DNA from: Malacoraja senta
Lineage: Eukaryota
Direction: 5' to 3'
Assembly: GCA_038087875.1 (NCBI GenBank)
Contig: JAXLNO010000625.1
Span: forward strand, 1-64,000
DNA length: 64,000 nt
Shown: positions 47,160-61,329 of the stretch, one piece after another
Numbering within the stretch: the first letter of the stretch is position 1
How the letters are laid out: every line of letters starts with the position of its first letter
Translations under genes and position numbers: made by a program
The notes under the pieces: generated by a model
Told to the model about the DNA's origin: nothing
The model's database searches: none
What the model saw: only the letters and a program-made list of their open reading frames with translations

Positions 47160-48060
47160 TAGGAAAGCACAAAATGCTGGAGGAACTCGGCAGTTCAGGC
47201 AGCAGATGTGGAGTGTATAGACAAGCACCATTTTGTGTTGGGAACCTTCTTCAGACATAATAGTAGGGAGGAGGAAGTTAGGTAAGAGAGGTGGGAGCAG
47301 GATAAAGCCTGGGAAGTGATAAGTGGATACAAGTGATGTGGTTTTTAATTGGCAGGTGGGTGGGAGTACTAATGGGTGGATACTGGAGGTGTGGAGATGC
47401 AGGAGCACATTTGTGGTACCTGTCCACAGATCCGTGAAGAAAGCAAGACATGTTGTGTAGGAAGGAACTGCAGATGCTGGTATATATCGAAGATGGACAC
47501 AAAGTGCTGGAGTGACGCAGCGGGTCAGGCAGCATTCCTGGAGAAAAAGGATGGGTGATGTTTTTCGTCGGGACCCTTCTTCAGACTGGAAGTGGAAGCC
47601 AGAAAAGGCCAGAACTAAGCAGGCCTGACAACACGTGACTGAGGAAGGGTGGAGCCCATAATGGCCCATTGTTGGCTGGGGAAGAGGCGATAACGAAGGG
47701 ATGCAGGGATGCGAACTGTGGATGTAGTAGGATGACTAGGGTGGGGAAGAGAGGGAATGCAGGGGTTACTTGAAATAAGAGAAATCAATGTTCATACCAT
47801 TGGGTTGTGTGATGCCCAAGCAAAGTATGAGGAAAGGCACTTTCCTCCAATTTGCACGTGACATCACTCTGACAGTGGAGGAGGCCCAGGACAGAAAAGT
47901 TAGTATGGGAATGGGAAGGGGAATGTTTGGAAACCAGGAGATCGCATAGGCCAAGGCGGAAAGAGCATGTGTTCAGCAAAACAATTGCCCAGTCTGCAGT
48001 TGGTCTCGCCGATATATAGGAGCCCACACCAAAGATACCGGGTGCAAGGCATGTTGATAA
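47160..48060 (-). mobile_element. Penelope-like element 3' part
   Basis: ORF 47900-48172 includes CGLLYIGETNCRLGNCFAEH (GIY-YIG second motif). Hammerhead-like repeats near 47555-47590 and 47230-47255. Confidence 0.8.
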
Positions 48061-51000
48061 ATTTGTTAAAAATGGTGTGCAGCATGCTTTCCTTTATTTG
48101 CTGAAGGATAGAATATAAAATCTTTGAGGTTCTGCAAGAACTGACTGCAACACGGGTTAGGCTGCAGCACACTCAAGTTACACATTACAGTAGAGATCTT
48201 ATTGCACACGAGTGAGTCAAAAGAAGAATTACAAAAAGACATGACTACCACTGAAAGCTTGTAGCCATAAGGACATTAAAAAAAACTGCAGGTGCTGAAA
48301 ATCTAACATTAAAAGCAGAAAAAGCTAAGACATGCCCAGCAGGTCAGGCAGCTTCGGTCAGAAAATAAACAGTTAACATTTCAGGTCAAAGATCTTTAAT
48401 CAAAACTGTTCTCCATCTCTTTGCTACAATCCCCTTAGAAATTCTCAGCATCTCAGTCTTAACCTTGAATCCTGAGATTGTGACCCCTAGTTCTGGACTC
48501 CACAGCAAATGAGTAACATGAACGATTTGTTACACAGTTCTGGTGCTGGGTTTGGATCTGCATGTGTCAGAGTAGTCGATGCCAGGTTAATGTGGCAGTT
48601 CACTCTCAGCAGCAAAGCTAATGGGATGATATTGCCCCATATAGAAAATGCTTTTCCATTTCTTTGCAATATTTTTTTTAAATGACAAAATATCCAGTGG
48701 TACAACCAGTTTGAAATACTGCTGATATATTTTTTCTAGGTGTGCCCTTGAGCTTCAAACATACAAATGGCCCTAATGCTCCTTGACAAAATCTTTATAC
48801 AGGTCAATAATCCTGACAAAGTCAAACTACACTTTTCCATCTTTAAATGGTAAGTAGTTAACATTCCACAAGATGACATTCTGGGGCAAATTTTCAAGGA
48901 CATCCCACCAGAAAAGTTATGTTTTTTCTTAATATTTGTCTTTAACAAGGTTTTGTCTGGCCACAACCAAATCCCAGGCAAACATTTCAAAAGGCATGTC
49001 TCTTATTTTATCTTCCATTGATTGCATTTCAGCCCAAAAACATTCAATGAATAATACAATTACAAGCAGTTTTTTATGCCTATATCATGGATTCCTAAAC
49101 AATTCGCAGTGTCTATATTCTTCTTTTTCAGATTAATTGCATAAGAAATCTTAAGCTTTGTTATAGTTGTAAAAAAGGACGGAAAGATGTTGGTTGTTTC
49201 TGTTGGCCTTTCTCTCACCTTTTTAACTGACACACAGTTTTTCTTTTTTTTAAACAATGAATAGGAAACACTTGTCAGCCGAGAGAGAAGGCTTTTTCAT
49301 TTCAGGAGTGGAGGAGAGTATTAAATGTTTCCATTTCCTATTTTATCTGGATTCTCTCTAAAGCAGTCCTGTGTATAAATATTTTATTTCACTCATTTTC
49401 CAGCGAGGGAGAGAGTTGCAAAAGTCAAATGCAACCTTGCGAAAGATTAAATGAAACCCACCCCCAGGTTACAGAAAGACCACGACGGCATACATAAAAT
49501 AGATTTCATTGCATTTGCAGAAAGGTTTCAAGGCAGACTCGGGATGAGGCAGATATTGCCATCTTATCTTGATAGTAAAGATTAAAAGAGGAATCTGCAC
49601 AGAAGAAAGTTCAGTGTTAGCCAAGGAAAATTAGGTGACCTGGGCTGTTTGAGTCCTGCACTTCAAGATAACTGATAAAGTCATTAAAAACAAAGCAAAT
49701 GAAGGATCCCATAAAAAGAAAATCAAGGGAGTGTACTGAAAGTTCACATTTATCAGGCAGCGGGGCAAGTCCCACCACTTTAGAGCCTAATCATTTTATT
49801 CCTATTTGACATGCATTAACTTGGATGTTTCCCATAAACGGCAAAGAATGTTGTATATTTTAGGAATCCTTCAGCATATAAAGCGCTCAGTTTCTTAAAT
49901 CAGTGCTTATTTTATTACCTGCTTCAGTAGTAGCTAAAGTGGCTTGACCTATTTTTTTTTTTAAATGACAGCAACCCAGAAAGAAGCAGGCAGACAAAGT
50001 ACAGACATTTAAAATAAATATAGTAGTAATGAAAGATATTGGGAGGATGGGGGGAGGGGGATGGATTGAAACACCAGCAGTTTGGATGAATGTATTGTGA
50101 CCTTGTAAGCAGTTTGTCCCAATGTGAGTTTTGATTACAGGACTAAGTCAAACTAGCATGCCAGAACAGTTGTTGCTGATCTTTTATACTAATTTTGGAT
50201 TAATTGTGAGCTGTTCCACCGCGTAAACATTCTAACCTAGTATGCCGGCAACAGATCAGCTAAACATTAATCCTTCTTAATGCTCTAAATCAACTTTTAG
50301 TCCTTAGCAGAATTTACCTTAATCTCTGGCAAGCAAACCAGCTGATTTACAAACCATAGCTCAGTAACTGCAAATTCCTGGATTACTTTCGAGAGAAAAA
50401 AAAAGAAATAGAATAACACTGACATTTAGCCAAATACCCTCTCTTGTCTGCAGGCCAGTTATTTACTATCGGTAAAGATGCTGAAGATTTGTAGTGACTG
50501 GATGCATTGGGCGTTTAGGTTTTTTTAAAGCATATTATTGATAGCTTGCAACAAGAGCTTAACCTTAGCCTGTTTCCTTCTGTGCCATTTAGCTCCATTA
50601 CTTATCCTGGTCAATCCACTCTCCTTGGTATATTTGCAGCAAATCAGCAACATTATTAGCATGCACATGTAAAACAATTAGGTGGACTGCAGATGTCAAT
50701 GGTGGCAGCCATCCATGTGACTCGTGAGGTTTTGTGATGTGTGTATTAGAAATCTTTGATCTGAAAGGGTGTGCTTGACTAATTGCAGTCCTGTGAAGTG
50801 CCTACAGACCATTTTATTGCATTTAAGAGAGTGAATAAATGCAAGTTATTGTCAGTGGCTTGTTAAGTAGAAACAAAAGCAAACATGTTTACATTTGATG
50901 TAAATACATAATTTATTTTGTGACCTGTTGCCACAATCATTAGAGCCTCAGCATTTATAGTGTAGCCTTACCTTGAATTCCCATTTTATATGATTGCACT

Positions 51001-52592
51001 GTCTCTGTTTGAATAGCTTGCAGCAGCCATAGTTTCCAGCACTGAAATGTCACTTAAAGATGTTGAATGTGTATTAACTTCTTTCAGTGTCAGCTGGAGG
51101 AATCAACAGATGAACAGCTGTCTTAGAAAGAAAGGGTGATACCTGAGAAGTAAATTGTTAAAAAAAGTGGGTCTGGTTCTGATGTAGAAAGGGGAGAGAG
51201 TTTAAACAGTTGTTACTACACTGGGGACTTAGAATAAACAGTCCAAGATGGGAAACTAGGAGCTCCGATGTCTGCTTGATATAAATAACATTATCATTAC
51301 TATTTGATGGTAAGTCAGGCAAAGCACAACTAGGCTTGACACCAGGAAAATAAGTCCGGAAGTATAGAATGCTCAACATTCCCTGTGGCAATATAAAGAA
51401 TTTGTTTCCTTCATTGTTCATGAATTAGCACCAAGAGACTTTTACCACATGCAGGCGTGTGCGGCTGGGTGGGCTGGGCATTGCAGGGGAAGGGCCAGTC
51501 TCTACAACATCGATGAACATAACCTGCACACTCTTCTTCTCCAGTTACTTGAAGTCTACGCCTTCACATACCAAGACTTCGAAAACATTCAGGCTCGGGC
51601 TGCAAGGTGTCAAATAATATTCACACCGTACAAATGCCAGCCTGTGATCCCTCTCAATAGAGAGGAAGTCGGCCAGAATTTCTGTTCCAGACCACAGCTG
51701 ACATACACTCAGACTGAGCTTGGACAGGATTAAGCCTGGTCATTCTGCAGAATTGTGAGCAACGTTTGCCCATTAGTGTGAGTGGGTAATTACTTTGGAG
51801 ACATAAGGAACTGCAGATGATGGAATTTTGAACAAAACACCAGGTGCTGGAGTAACTCAGCGGGTCAGGCAGCATCTATGGAGGAATCGGTGACATTTCG
51901 TGTGGGACCCTTCTTCAGACTGATTCTAATACCTCTCCCTCATACTACAATCAGTCTGAAGAATTATTACCAACTACTTTTTAAACAAATCAAATTTTTA
52001 TGCATATTATGTATACATTATTTGAAAGGTTACTTCTCCAAAAATAGGTTCTATTATTTGAGATTAAAAAGCTAATTGTAGATTATTATTATTAATATTC
52101 ATTTAACAAAATAATTGAGAATTATTATGTATTGATGATAATGCAATGTAATTTTGCTGTAATATTTTACTTTTCTCAACATTTGATATGGAGGTTATTC
52201 AATTATTTTTACTTTCTCAAAATGTATCTTTTAGTCCTTCCTTTAAATGGATTTGGGAGAATTCGCATATATTTCATCTTTTTGGCTGTTTTTAAACGAT
52301 CCTTTTTTGATTTGTGCTGATTTTAGCTGCTCTGAATCCATCAAATAGATCGTAAGGAGGCACCAATACAGCAATGAAATATTCTGTTACTTATTACATT
52401 ATGTGAAATAAATTGTGAAAAGCTTTCAGCCAGGATTAGTATAAATGGGTGGTTGATGGTCGGCATGGACTTAATGGGCTGAAAGGTCTGTTTCTGTGCT
52501 GTGTGTCTGTGTGACTCCAAAAGACTTCAGAAGAACTGTCATATTGTTAGCAAAGCCAGCATTTGTTATCCAGCCCTCAGTGTTGTTATCGT

Positions 52593-52910
52593 AAGGTCAT
52601 AAGCGACAGGAGTAGAATTAGGCCATTCGGCCCTTCAAGTTTACTACGCCATTCAATCAAGGCTGATCTATTTCTTCCTCCTAAGCCCATTCTCCTGCCT
52701 TCACCCCATAATCTCTGACACCTGTACTAATCAAGAATCTATCTAGCTCTGCCTTAAAAATATCCACTGACTTGGCCTCCACAGCCTTCTGTGGCAAAGA
52801 ATTCCACAGATTCACCACCCTCCGACTAAAAAAAATTCTCCTCACCTCCTTCCTAAAAGAACGTCCATGAATTCTGTGGCTATGACCTCTAGTCCTAGAC
52901 TTTCTCACTA
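52593..52910 (-). mobile_element. CR1 3' fragment
   Basis: SRTRGHSHRIHG..FFSRRVVNLWNSLPQKAVEA. Confidence 0.85.
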
Positions 52911-53448
52911 GGACTATGAAAGTGGTGGATAAATAATATCCTAAGCCACTGTATCTTATGTGGTGAAGGTGCTTCCAGAGAGCTGGTAGGTAAGGAGCTT
53001 TGACCTAGCCATGATGTAGAAGTAACGACCTATGCCCATGTCAGAATGGTGAATGACATCGTAGAGCCAACATAAATCAAGAATAGGGATTGATAAAGGT
53101 GTGGAAACAGGGCAGGAAGGTGTGTGGGTATGGTATTGGATAGATTGTGTTAGCTTCAATTTATTCAGTAAACAAATTGTTTTTTTTATTTTTTGGTTTG
53201 TTAGAAGTTTATTCATTGAAGGTTTGTGCAAGAAAAACCATAGATTTTAGCTTTGCTCTATGCAGAGGAATTGGCTTAAGGAGGCTTAAGCACACCTTGG
53301 CTAAGATAGGGGTAAATGATAACTGCTGCTCACTAACCTTTCCTGCACTATGAAAACTTTATAGATATATAGTGATGAAAGGGACACATTTGGATCCAGC
53401 ATCAATTAGGCCATTTCGATTCAACTGTGGTAGCGTGACCTATCAGTA

Positions 53449-53692
53449 GGGCGACACGGTGGCGCAGCGATAGTGTTGCTGCTTTACAGCTCTTGCAGCA
53501 CCGGAGACCCGGGTTCAATCCCGACTACAGATGTTGTTTGTACGGAATTTGTACGTTCTCCCCGTGACCTTGTGGGTTTTCACCAAGATCGGTTTCCTCC
53601 CACACTCCAATGACGTACAGGTTTGTAGGTTAATTGACTTGGTATAAGTGTAAATTGTCCCTAGTGTGTGTAGGATAGAATTAATGTGCAGG
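53449..53692 (+). mobile_element. HE1-like V-SINE (3'-truncated)
   Basis: tRNA-like head and V-domain. Confidence 0.8.
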
Positions 53693-55928
53693 AGACTGCA
53701 GATATTATAATAGAGTTAATAATTCAGTCTGGTGGCACTTACTGCCTGACCTGCTCTGGTCCCTGGTATCTGCGCGTGTGGCTGGAGTGTCCCTAGGAGG
53801 CGTGCGAGCCCGATCCACCAGCTGAACAACCGTGCCGCCGCCAACCAGAATGATGACCGAAGACCGGAACGAACCCTGGTAGGCCTCACTCACCCTACAG
53901 GCCTCCCAGTGGACTGAGGTGAAGCCGGGCGGCAAGGCCTGTCTGGCGGTCGGTGCAGACTCGGTGGGCCGAAGATGCTGGATGTCTTTTGGGCCTGCCT
54001 TCCCACATGGTGTTGAGGTGACGTGCTAAGCGAGCAGTTGTGGCACGAGCCTCAGTTGAAGCATTCCTGGGAGCTTGCACTCTTAGCTCAAAGACCCATG
54101 GAACAGACCCATCTCTCCCCTTACATTGTCTGACAGGCCGGTATGGCTCAATTTAATGAACAACAATCAAAAACACTATCCCTAAAATCATTATACATCA
54201 TTTAAATCATTAAAACATAGGAAAATAAATGCCACATTCCTGATCATGTACACATATCACAATTTCTAATGTAACTTGTATAAAATAACCAATAATCACG
54301 GTATTTTTTATTACAAGTGCCCTGATCTGCTTTCATTACGTTTATATTAATTTTTTTCTAAAAAATTGTCATTTTAGATTGATAGCATAATGTTAACTAT
54401 GATCATATATAGATTTGGTTTTGTACTCATTAAATAAAGACTATGTCGACTAATGAAAGGGATAATTTTTTATTACTTAGAATGACGACTCTTTTTCGAA
54501 TATATTGGAAAGTTCGAACCTTGCTCTATTTTTGATTTGGTTTAAAAAGCATCCCTATACCTTTGAGATTTAAGAATTACAAATCTAATATGCACTTCGA
54601 CTTCAGCAGAGCTATTTGGTAAACTGAAAATATAACATGTTTTATGCACAGTTATGGATAAAGTCATTCATATTTAAGATTAGTCTTACATCTGTTCGTA
54701 AAGATTAATATGAAACCAGTCCTCTTCTGTTTTCATTGCAAGGGGATTGAGAGGATCCAGTGATACATATAGACACTAACGCAGGCTCTGAGATGCTTGT
54801 TCTGTGAGAGAGAAGCAGGGATTTGAAACAGATGCTTTCAGATCTAAGGAATGATACTGATGACATTAAATGAAGAAAGGCTACCGCTGAGTGCAACAGT
54901 GTGAAAATAATCTTTCAAGGCTCACTTGAGTGAACAATGCTGTTACAATGCTTGGGAACAACAGTGAAAGATCACCAAGCTCTCCAGTCCATCTTGGCAA
55001 TTTATTCACACTTCTAAAAAGACAATGTTGCAAACAATTGGTATCATAATTGCAATATGTGCAGATCCAGGGGTTGCATTAGAGTTAAATAATGTAATAG
55101 GCTTTACAGACTGACAAAACATAGACTTCATCCTCAAGCCTCTGGAATGAGTTCTGGAACAGTGACTCAGAAGCATGGGATTCCCCCATCGAGCCAAAGC
55201 TAACACCACTGGCAACTGCTTCCAAGCCTGTCCGCTTCCATTCCAGTTAGGGAATGGTGTGTGGCAGGGAGACACGGTGCATAATGTCAGAGGCCAGGGC
55301 TGGGTTGGATACAAATGACAACAAATTCAGAATGACATTGTAAATCCTTTTCCCCGAAATAGATCTTAGTATTTGGCAGTGTATTATTGAAAAGATGCCA
55401 TATTTCTGATTGCTTTTACATATATTCAAAGATTATTACATACAAAATGCAAGCTGCTGCATTGAGATATTTAATTTAGCAGTGGACTACTTGTTAACAA
55501 AGGAGAACATTGCTCTTTTCGGGTCAAACCATCCTTTGGTAAAATACAAACTTCATAGAAATACAATATTAAACTCTTTACACCAATAGTCCATGTCTCT
55601 AACATAATTGAGTCGTGTACTGAAAATTTGGATTGTGCTTAGAAGAAATTGTTTTAAAAAATATATGTAGCTACATCATAACAAGGTCATCGAGCCACTT
55701 GTGGTGACATATATTTGACAGAAATTACAAGCAGCTGTTCTCGCTTCTCATTCTTCCTGCAAATAAAACTAATTGCTTTCTTCATACAAAAGCAAAAGCT
55801 AGAAACTTAGCATTTGTTTTGGAATTTTCAGGCAATGTTTCTGAAAAATGCAGTGTCAGAGTAAGGCATGCTAATGTGACATTATTCTTAGCATTGTTCC
55901 TCACGTGGCTATTGTTCCTGTGAGACTA

Positions 55929-56085
55929 TTTAGTTTAGTTTAGAGATACAGCACGGAAACAGTCCCCTCGGCCCACCGGGACCACGCCGACCAGCGATCC
56001 CCGCATATTAACACTATCCTACACACACTAAGGACAACTTTTACATTTATCAAGCCAATTAACCTACATACCTGTATGTCTTTGT
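55929..56085 (-). mobile_element. HE1-like V-SINE 3' fragment
   Basis: (TTTAG)n-AGATACAGCACGGAAACAG pattern. Confidence 0.75.
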
Positions 56086-57380
56086 AATGTTATATTCTTT
56101 TGAAAAGAAGTAATAATACAAAAGAGAAATATTAAAATAGTAATTAATCATTTTAAAGTATGGAAATAAAGGCAGTTCCTGTGTTAAGGGAACTATTCCT
56201 GCACACTGTCCTTAAGCCATTTTCTTCACGTCAGTAATGTCAATAGTCCATAGTAACCCATTTTGTGTCGCTTTATATGTAGGAAGGAACTGCAGATACA
56301 GGTTTAAACCAAAGATAGACACAAAAAGCTAGAGTAACTCGGCGTGACAGGCAGTATTTCTGGAAAGAAGGAATGGATGACGTTTCGGGTTGAAACCCTT
56401 CTTCAGTATCGCCTCACATACACTTCCTATAATTATTTCATTTAATTAAATAATCACCCAAACACTATTCGCAGCTGAACTAATAGAAAAATTACTGCAT
56501 CCAGTTATCAATAAATACAACAAAATGTTTTATTGTTCTTATAACTAGCTTGGTTTAAAAATGTATTGGAGAATTTGCAAGGAGTCAGATTTCCTTAAGT
56601 CAGTTCATTAGTAAACTGGGAAGCCCCAGTACGGGAACAGCTTTGGCCTCTCTATTACCTGGTTTCTGAGCGGTCCTTCCATAAACAAGAATACTGTCCA
56701 ATTCACCTCGAACCCATTGCAGACATTGGACCTTGTCTAGAGAACTGTCGTGCTACAATGCTGAGACCTACAGTATGTACTGCCCTCTGTGGCAGAGAAT
56801 TCCACAGATTCTCAACTCTCTGGGTGAAAAGGTTTTTCCTCATCTAAGTCTTAAATGGTCAACCCCTTATTCTTAAACCGTGACCCCTGGTTCTGGACTC
56901 CCCCAACATGGGAGCATTTTTCCTGCATCTAGCCTGTCCAATCCCTTAAGAATTTTATATGTTTCTATATACTATATACTTAAATTTGACGTGATTTTAT
57001 TTATGTTTAGCATTATCTGATCTGATTGCATAGCATGCAAAACAAAGCTTTTCACTGTACCTTGGTACACATGTCGATAATAAACCTAAACCTACCTTAA
57101 ATCCTGTATAACGCAATAAATAACTAAGCTTATCTTTTCTTTATAACTCTGTGTCAGAAAGCGTTTTACAAATGACTGAAGAATTTGCTCATACCACCAT
57201 TTTGCGCAATAGTCCAGGTAAATGGGGAAGAATATGAGGGAAGAATACGAGTTACTCTAGCTCCTGGGTGACTCAACTTGCCCTGGATTTACGACAGGGC
57301 CACTGAAATCTGAGACAACCAATCCTGAACATCAGCAATCCCGCCTCGGAACTGGAAGAGCAACAGATACCATGCTAGAC

Positions 57381-57680
57381 GTTTAGAGAGATACAGTTTG
57401 GAAACAGGTTGTTTGGCCCACTGGGTCCATGTCAACAATCAATCATCCATTCACGCTAGTTCTATTTTATCTCACTTTCACATCCACTCTTTACACATGA
57501 GGGGCAATTTTGCAGTGGCCAATCAACCTGCAAACCTGCAGTGGGTTGTGGGAGGAAACTGGAGAACCTGAGGAAAACCTGAATGGCCACAAGTAACTCC
57601 ATACAAACAGCACCTGAGATCAGGATCAAACTCGGGTCTTTGGTGCTGTGAGGCAGCAGCCCTACCAGTTGCACCGCTGT
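57381..57680 (-). mobile_element. HE1-like V-SINE (older)
   Basis: Head, V-domain and tail recognisable. Confidence 0.7.
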
Positions 57681-57989
57681 AACAAGTGGTAAAGGGTTGG
57701 AGCCCCGAATACCCTAGAGACCAGGTGAGTGTGCACAAAATGGAAATTGTGATAACAATCATTTAAAATGCTTCAGAGTATCATTGGCTTTCCTGTTATT
57801 AAAAGGATCAGTTTCAAGTTTATGATACAATGCACATTGAAACATTTATTGGTGTTGCGCGCAGCTTCAAAGAGTTGCATTGGATCCTGACCTTGGTTTT
57901 GCACTTTCTCACCTTGACCACGTAGGTTTCCGCTCGGTGGTCTAATTTCCGCCCATGTGCCGATTACACAATTGCAAAAATAATCAAAG

Positions 57990-58357
57990 AAGGTTGTATA
58001 ATATCATGAATGGAGTAAATCGGGTCGATGCACAGAGTCTCTTGCCCAGAGTAGGTGAATCGAGGCCCAGAGGACATAGGTTTAAGGTGAAGGGGAAAAG
58101 ATCTAATAGGAATCTGAGGGATAACCTTTTAGCGCACAGGGTGGTGGGTGAATGGGACAAGCTGCCAGAGGGGGTAGTTGAGGCAGGGACTATCCCAACA
58201 TTTAAGCAACAGTTAGACAGGTACATGAATAGGACAAGGTTGGAGGAATATGGGCCAAATGCAGGCAGGTGGGACTAGTGTAGCTGCGACATGCTGGCCG
58301 GTGTGGGCAAGTTGGACCAAAGGGCCTGTTTCCACACTGTACCACACTGTGACTCTA
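57990..58357 (+). mobile_element. CR1 3' fragment
   Basis: LYNIMNGVNRVD..SRPRGHRFKVKG..RVVGEWDKLPEGVVEAG. Same subfamily as 1527-1765. Confidence 0.85.
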
Positions 58358-61049
58358 AGCGTTGATGAGTTTGTGTGAAGGAGAACAAGAGGCAGGGGCA
58401 CAAGGGAATAAGGATAGAGGGGATGGGAGTAATGGGATTTCTCTCATGAGAGCTGGCAAAGAGGCAGTGGGATGAATAACCTCCCTCTGAGTCCGTATAA
58501 GTGTCCAATGCAATTAATCAAAACAACAACAAATTGGCCTGAATTTTGATGCTCAGCTGCTCCCAGTACTGATGGCAACATTTTCTGCTTAACTTGCTCA
58601 TATCTTTAGTCAATTCACGGTGCAAACACGGTGAATCTTTCTTTGATCTGAATAGTGAAAACATGAGTAGAGTAGAAGCTCACCAAAAAGCAAATCTACT
58701 GCAACGTTTTGACAGCCAGTTAAGCCACCTTCAATGAAACCGACTGTCAATTCCCACACAGAGCTTGAAGACCTTCACAAATATTCAATAACCTTCAAGG
58801 ACCATTACAAAATGTGCCATATTATTTAAAATAATGAATCCAAAGATATTCAATGACACTTGCATATATCTGAAAACTAATTAAATGCTTTCAAATTCAC
58901 CAATTAGGACCAAAAAATATAAATTATCTTTAACTTACCAACATCCCTTTTCATTGAAATGGAATGAATCACTGAATCTGTGTCAGGTATAACTAGACAC
59001 AACTTCAATCATGGGTTCCTTCTCTGGTGTTGGACCTATGATGAGTGCAATGTTAGAGGCCAATTGGAAAATCCCTGATGATCAGATGTAACAAAGTTCA
59101 AGACTTTTGCCCTTGTATAGCACAGATTTAAAACAAAGATGGCAGCTCCACTGGATCTGTTGCAATTCAGCAGACCAATGTTTATTTCGAGCAATTATTA
59201 GTTGTTTTACTGGCAAATACTTCAAGAATTGTGAAGCAAATTGCACCGATGATAGATATTTAATGCTGCAAAGAAATATCAAACTATATTATTCTTTCTT
59301 TTTCATAATTGACTGCCTGAACAAGTCACAGAGAAAAATCAGGTAGGTATGCCTTTAATGGCATGCTCAATTTAGCAATCACTACTTTAAGTGGGCTCAA
59401 AAGTTGAATCATTCAGTGCAGCATTGCAATTGCCCCCCATTGTGATTTTATTGCAGAACTGTTAATACAATATTTATATTTAAATGAAACAGGAACATCT
59501 ACATATTGAGTTGTGACTTCAATTTTGCATCTCTCTGGATTATTTGTACTGCACAGAATGTGAGATAGCAAAAACAAAGGTGATGAATTAAATGTTGTCT
59601 ATGAGGGATCAAGCTTACTTTATTGAAATCATTATCAACAAGATAACAGACACACTTTCAATAATTGGGTGGGGTCAAGGAAAGCACGCTTACGTCGCGG
59701 CCCACCAATCTTTCAACCACCACGCACAAGAAGCGACAAGACAGACATCGTTGTATGCAGCTCTGGCTGAACAACTTCTAATCTTGAGTGTGGACTCGAT
59801 AAGAAGATATAATAGGGTGAAAATATTTAGCTTAATGTTATGCAGATAAATTCACCCAGCAATAGCCTGTTAGTTGGAAAATCATGAGCTGATGTCCCTA
59901 GTTCACACAGTTATCTAACCAAAGAGATGAAAAAAAGTCAAGTTTTGTAGGTATCAGATTTCTGAACTATTTCAGAAATAAGGGTTCACCTAATTAAAAC
60001 TGCGATGAGATTTGTCTTCTCTCTGAAGTTTCTGAGTCTTTCGCATTCTTTTCTCAAAGGTGGGTAAAAGTAGGGGCTTTGAATATTCTTGGCAGAGATA
60101 GATAGATACTTGACAATAAAGGAGATGTAAGACTATCCTGGAGAGATGGCAATGCAAAATTGAAGTTACAATTTGTCATGATCTTATTAAATGGCAGAGC
60201 AGGCTATAGGGGCCAAATGGCCAACACCTGCTCCTAATTCATATGTTTGTTTGTAACTTACAGGCAGTGGTCCTCCCTGCAGTGGCTGATGAGGAAAGCA
60301 CTCCGTCAGTGTGAAAAGATGCACTGAATGGTAAAACTTCAGCATCTCCTGTCCCTTTTATCATGTACAAGAACTGCTAATTGCAAATTGGAGGAACCGC
60401 ATCTCATATTTTGCTTGGGCAACCTACAACCCAGTAGTATGAACATTGATTTCTCTAACTTCAAGTAACCCCTGCACTCTCTCTCTCTCCTTTCCTCTCC
60501 CACCCAAGTCACACCAAGTTCCGGTTCTCACCGAGCAAACAGCTAACAATGGCCTGTCTCCTTTATCATGAGCTGATGTCCTTAGTTCACACAGTTATCT
60601 AACCAAAGAGATGAAAAACAAGTTTATCATCCTTTATCATCGATACTTTTTTGCATCTCCTTCATTCATCTATATTACTAAAAGTAAGATCTTGACCACT
60701 TCCTGTTTTTCTGTTTCATGATTTTTGAAAAAATGCTGCCACTTACGGCTGTGATTTTTGGCCATCTTACTCAGAGTCCCCCTCTGCTGCGAAGGACAAG
60801 AGGATTTTTCCCATCGATGAAAAATAAAAGAGTTATTAATGTTTTAAAAATGTTGACATTCTCTCTGCTGCCCCTGCTAGTGGGAGGGTGGAGGGATTAT
60901 AATCCCCGGAAGTGTTGTGCCTCACTCAATCTCTGCAAGATGGAGGAAGCAAGAGGGTCCCATCTCTCTGAGCTGTGAATAACACTGAATACATGTCAAC
61001 TCTAATGTGAGTGCCCTTAATGTGGTTTGAAAATGAAAATGTGGTTGCT

Positions 61050-61329
61050 TTGAAATGCTGCACTGCAAAAATGGTTGTTGTTGGTAGTAGTAACTGCCTT
61101 GAAATGCTGCACTGCAAAAATGGTTGTTGTTGGTGGTGGTAACTGCCTTGAAATGCTGCACTGCAAAAATGGTTGTTGTTGGTGGTGGTAACTGCCTTGA
61201 AATATTGCACTGCAAAAATGGTTGTTGTTGGTGGTGGTAACTACCTTGAAATCCTGCACTGCAAAAACGGTTGTTGTTGGAGGTGGGAACTGCCTTTAAA
61301 TGCTGCACTGCAAAAATGGTTGTTGTTGG
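61050..61329. repeat. 49-bp minisatellite, about 5.7 copies
   Basis: Unit TTGAAATGCTGCACTGCAAAAATGGTTGTTGTTGGTGGTGGTAACTGCC; TGAAAT recurs at 61051, 61100, 61149, 61198, 61247. Confidence 0.95.

Noticed and set aside
60280..60326. CAGTGG-CTGATGA…GAAA…CACTG resembling a hammerhead
   Set aside because: The possible stem II is offset from the core by GGAAA and there is no UH cleavage site with a stem III. Probably chance.
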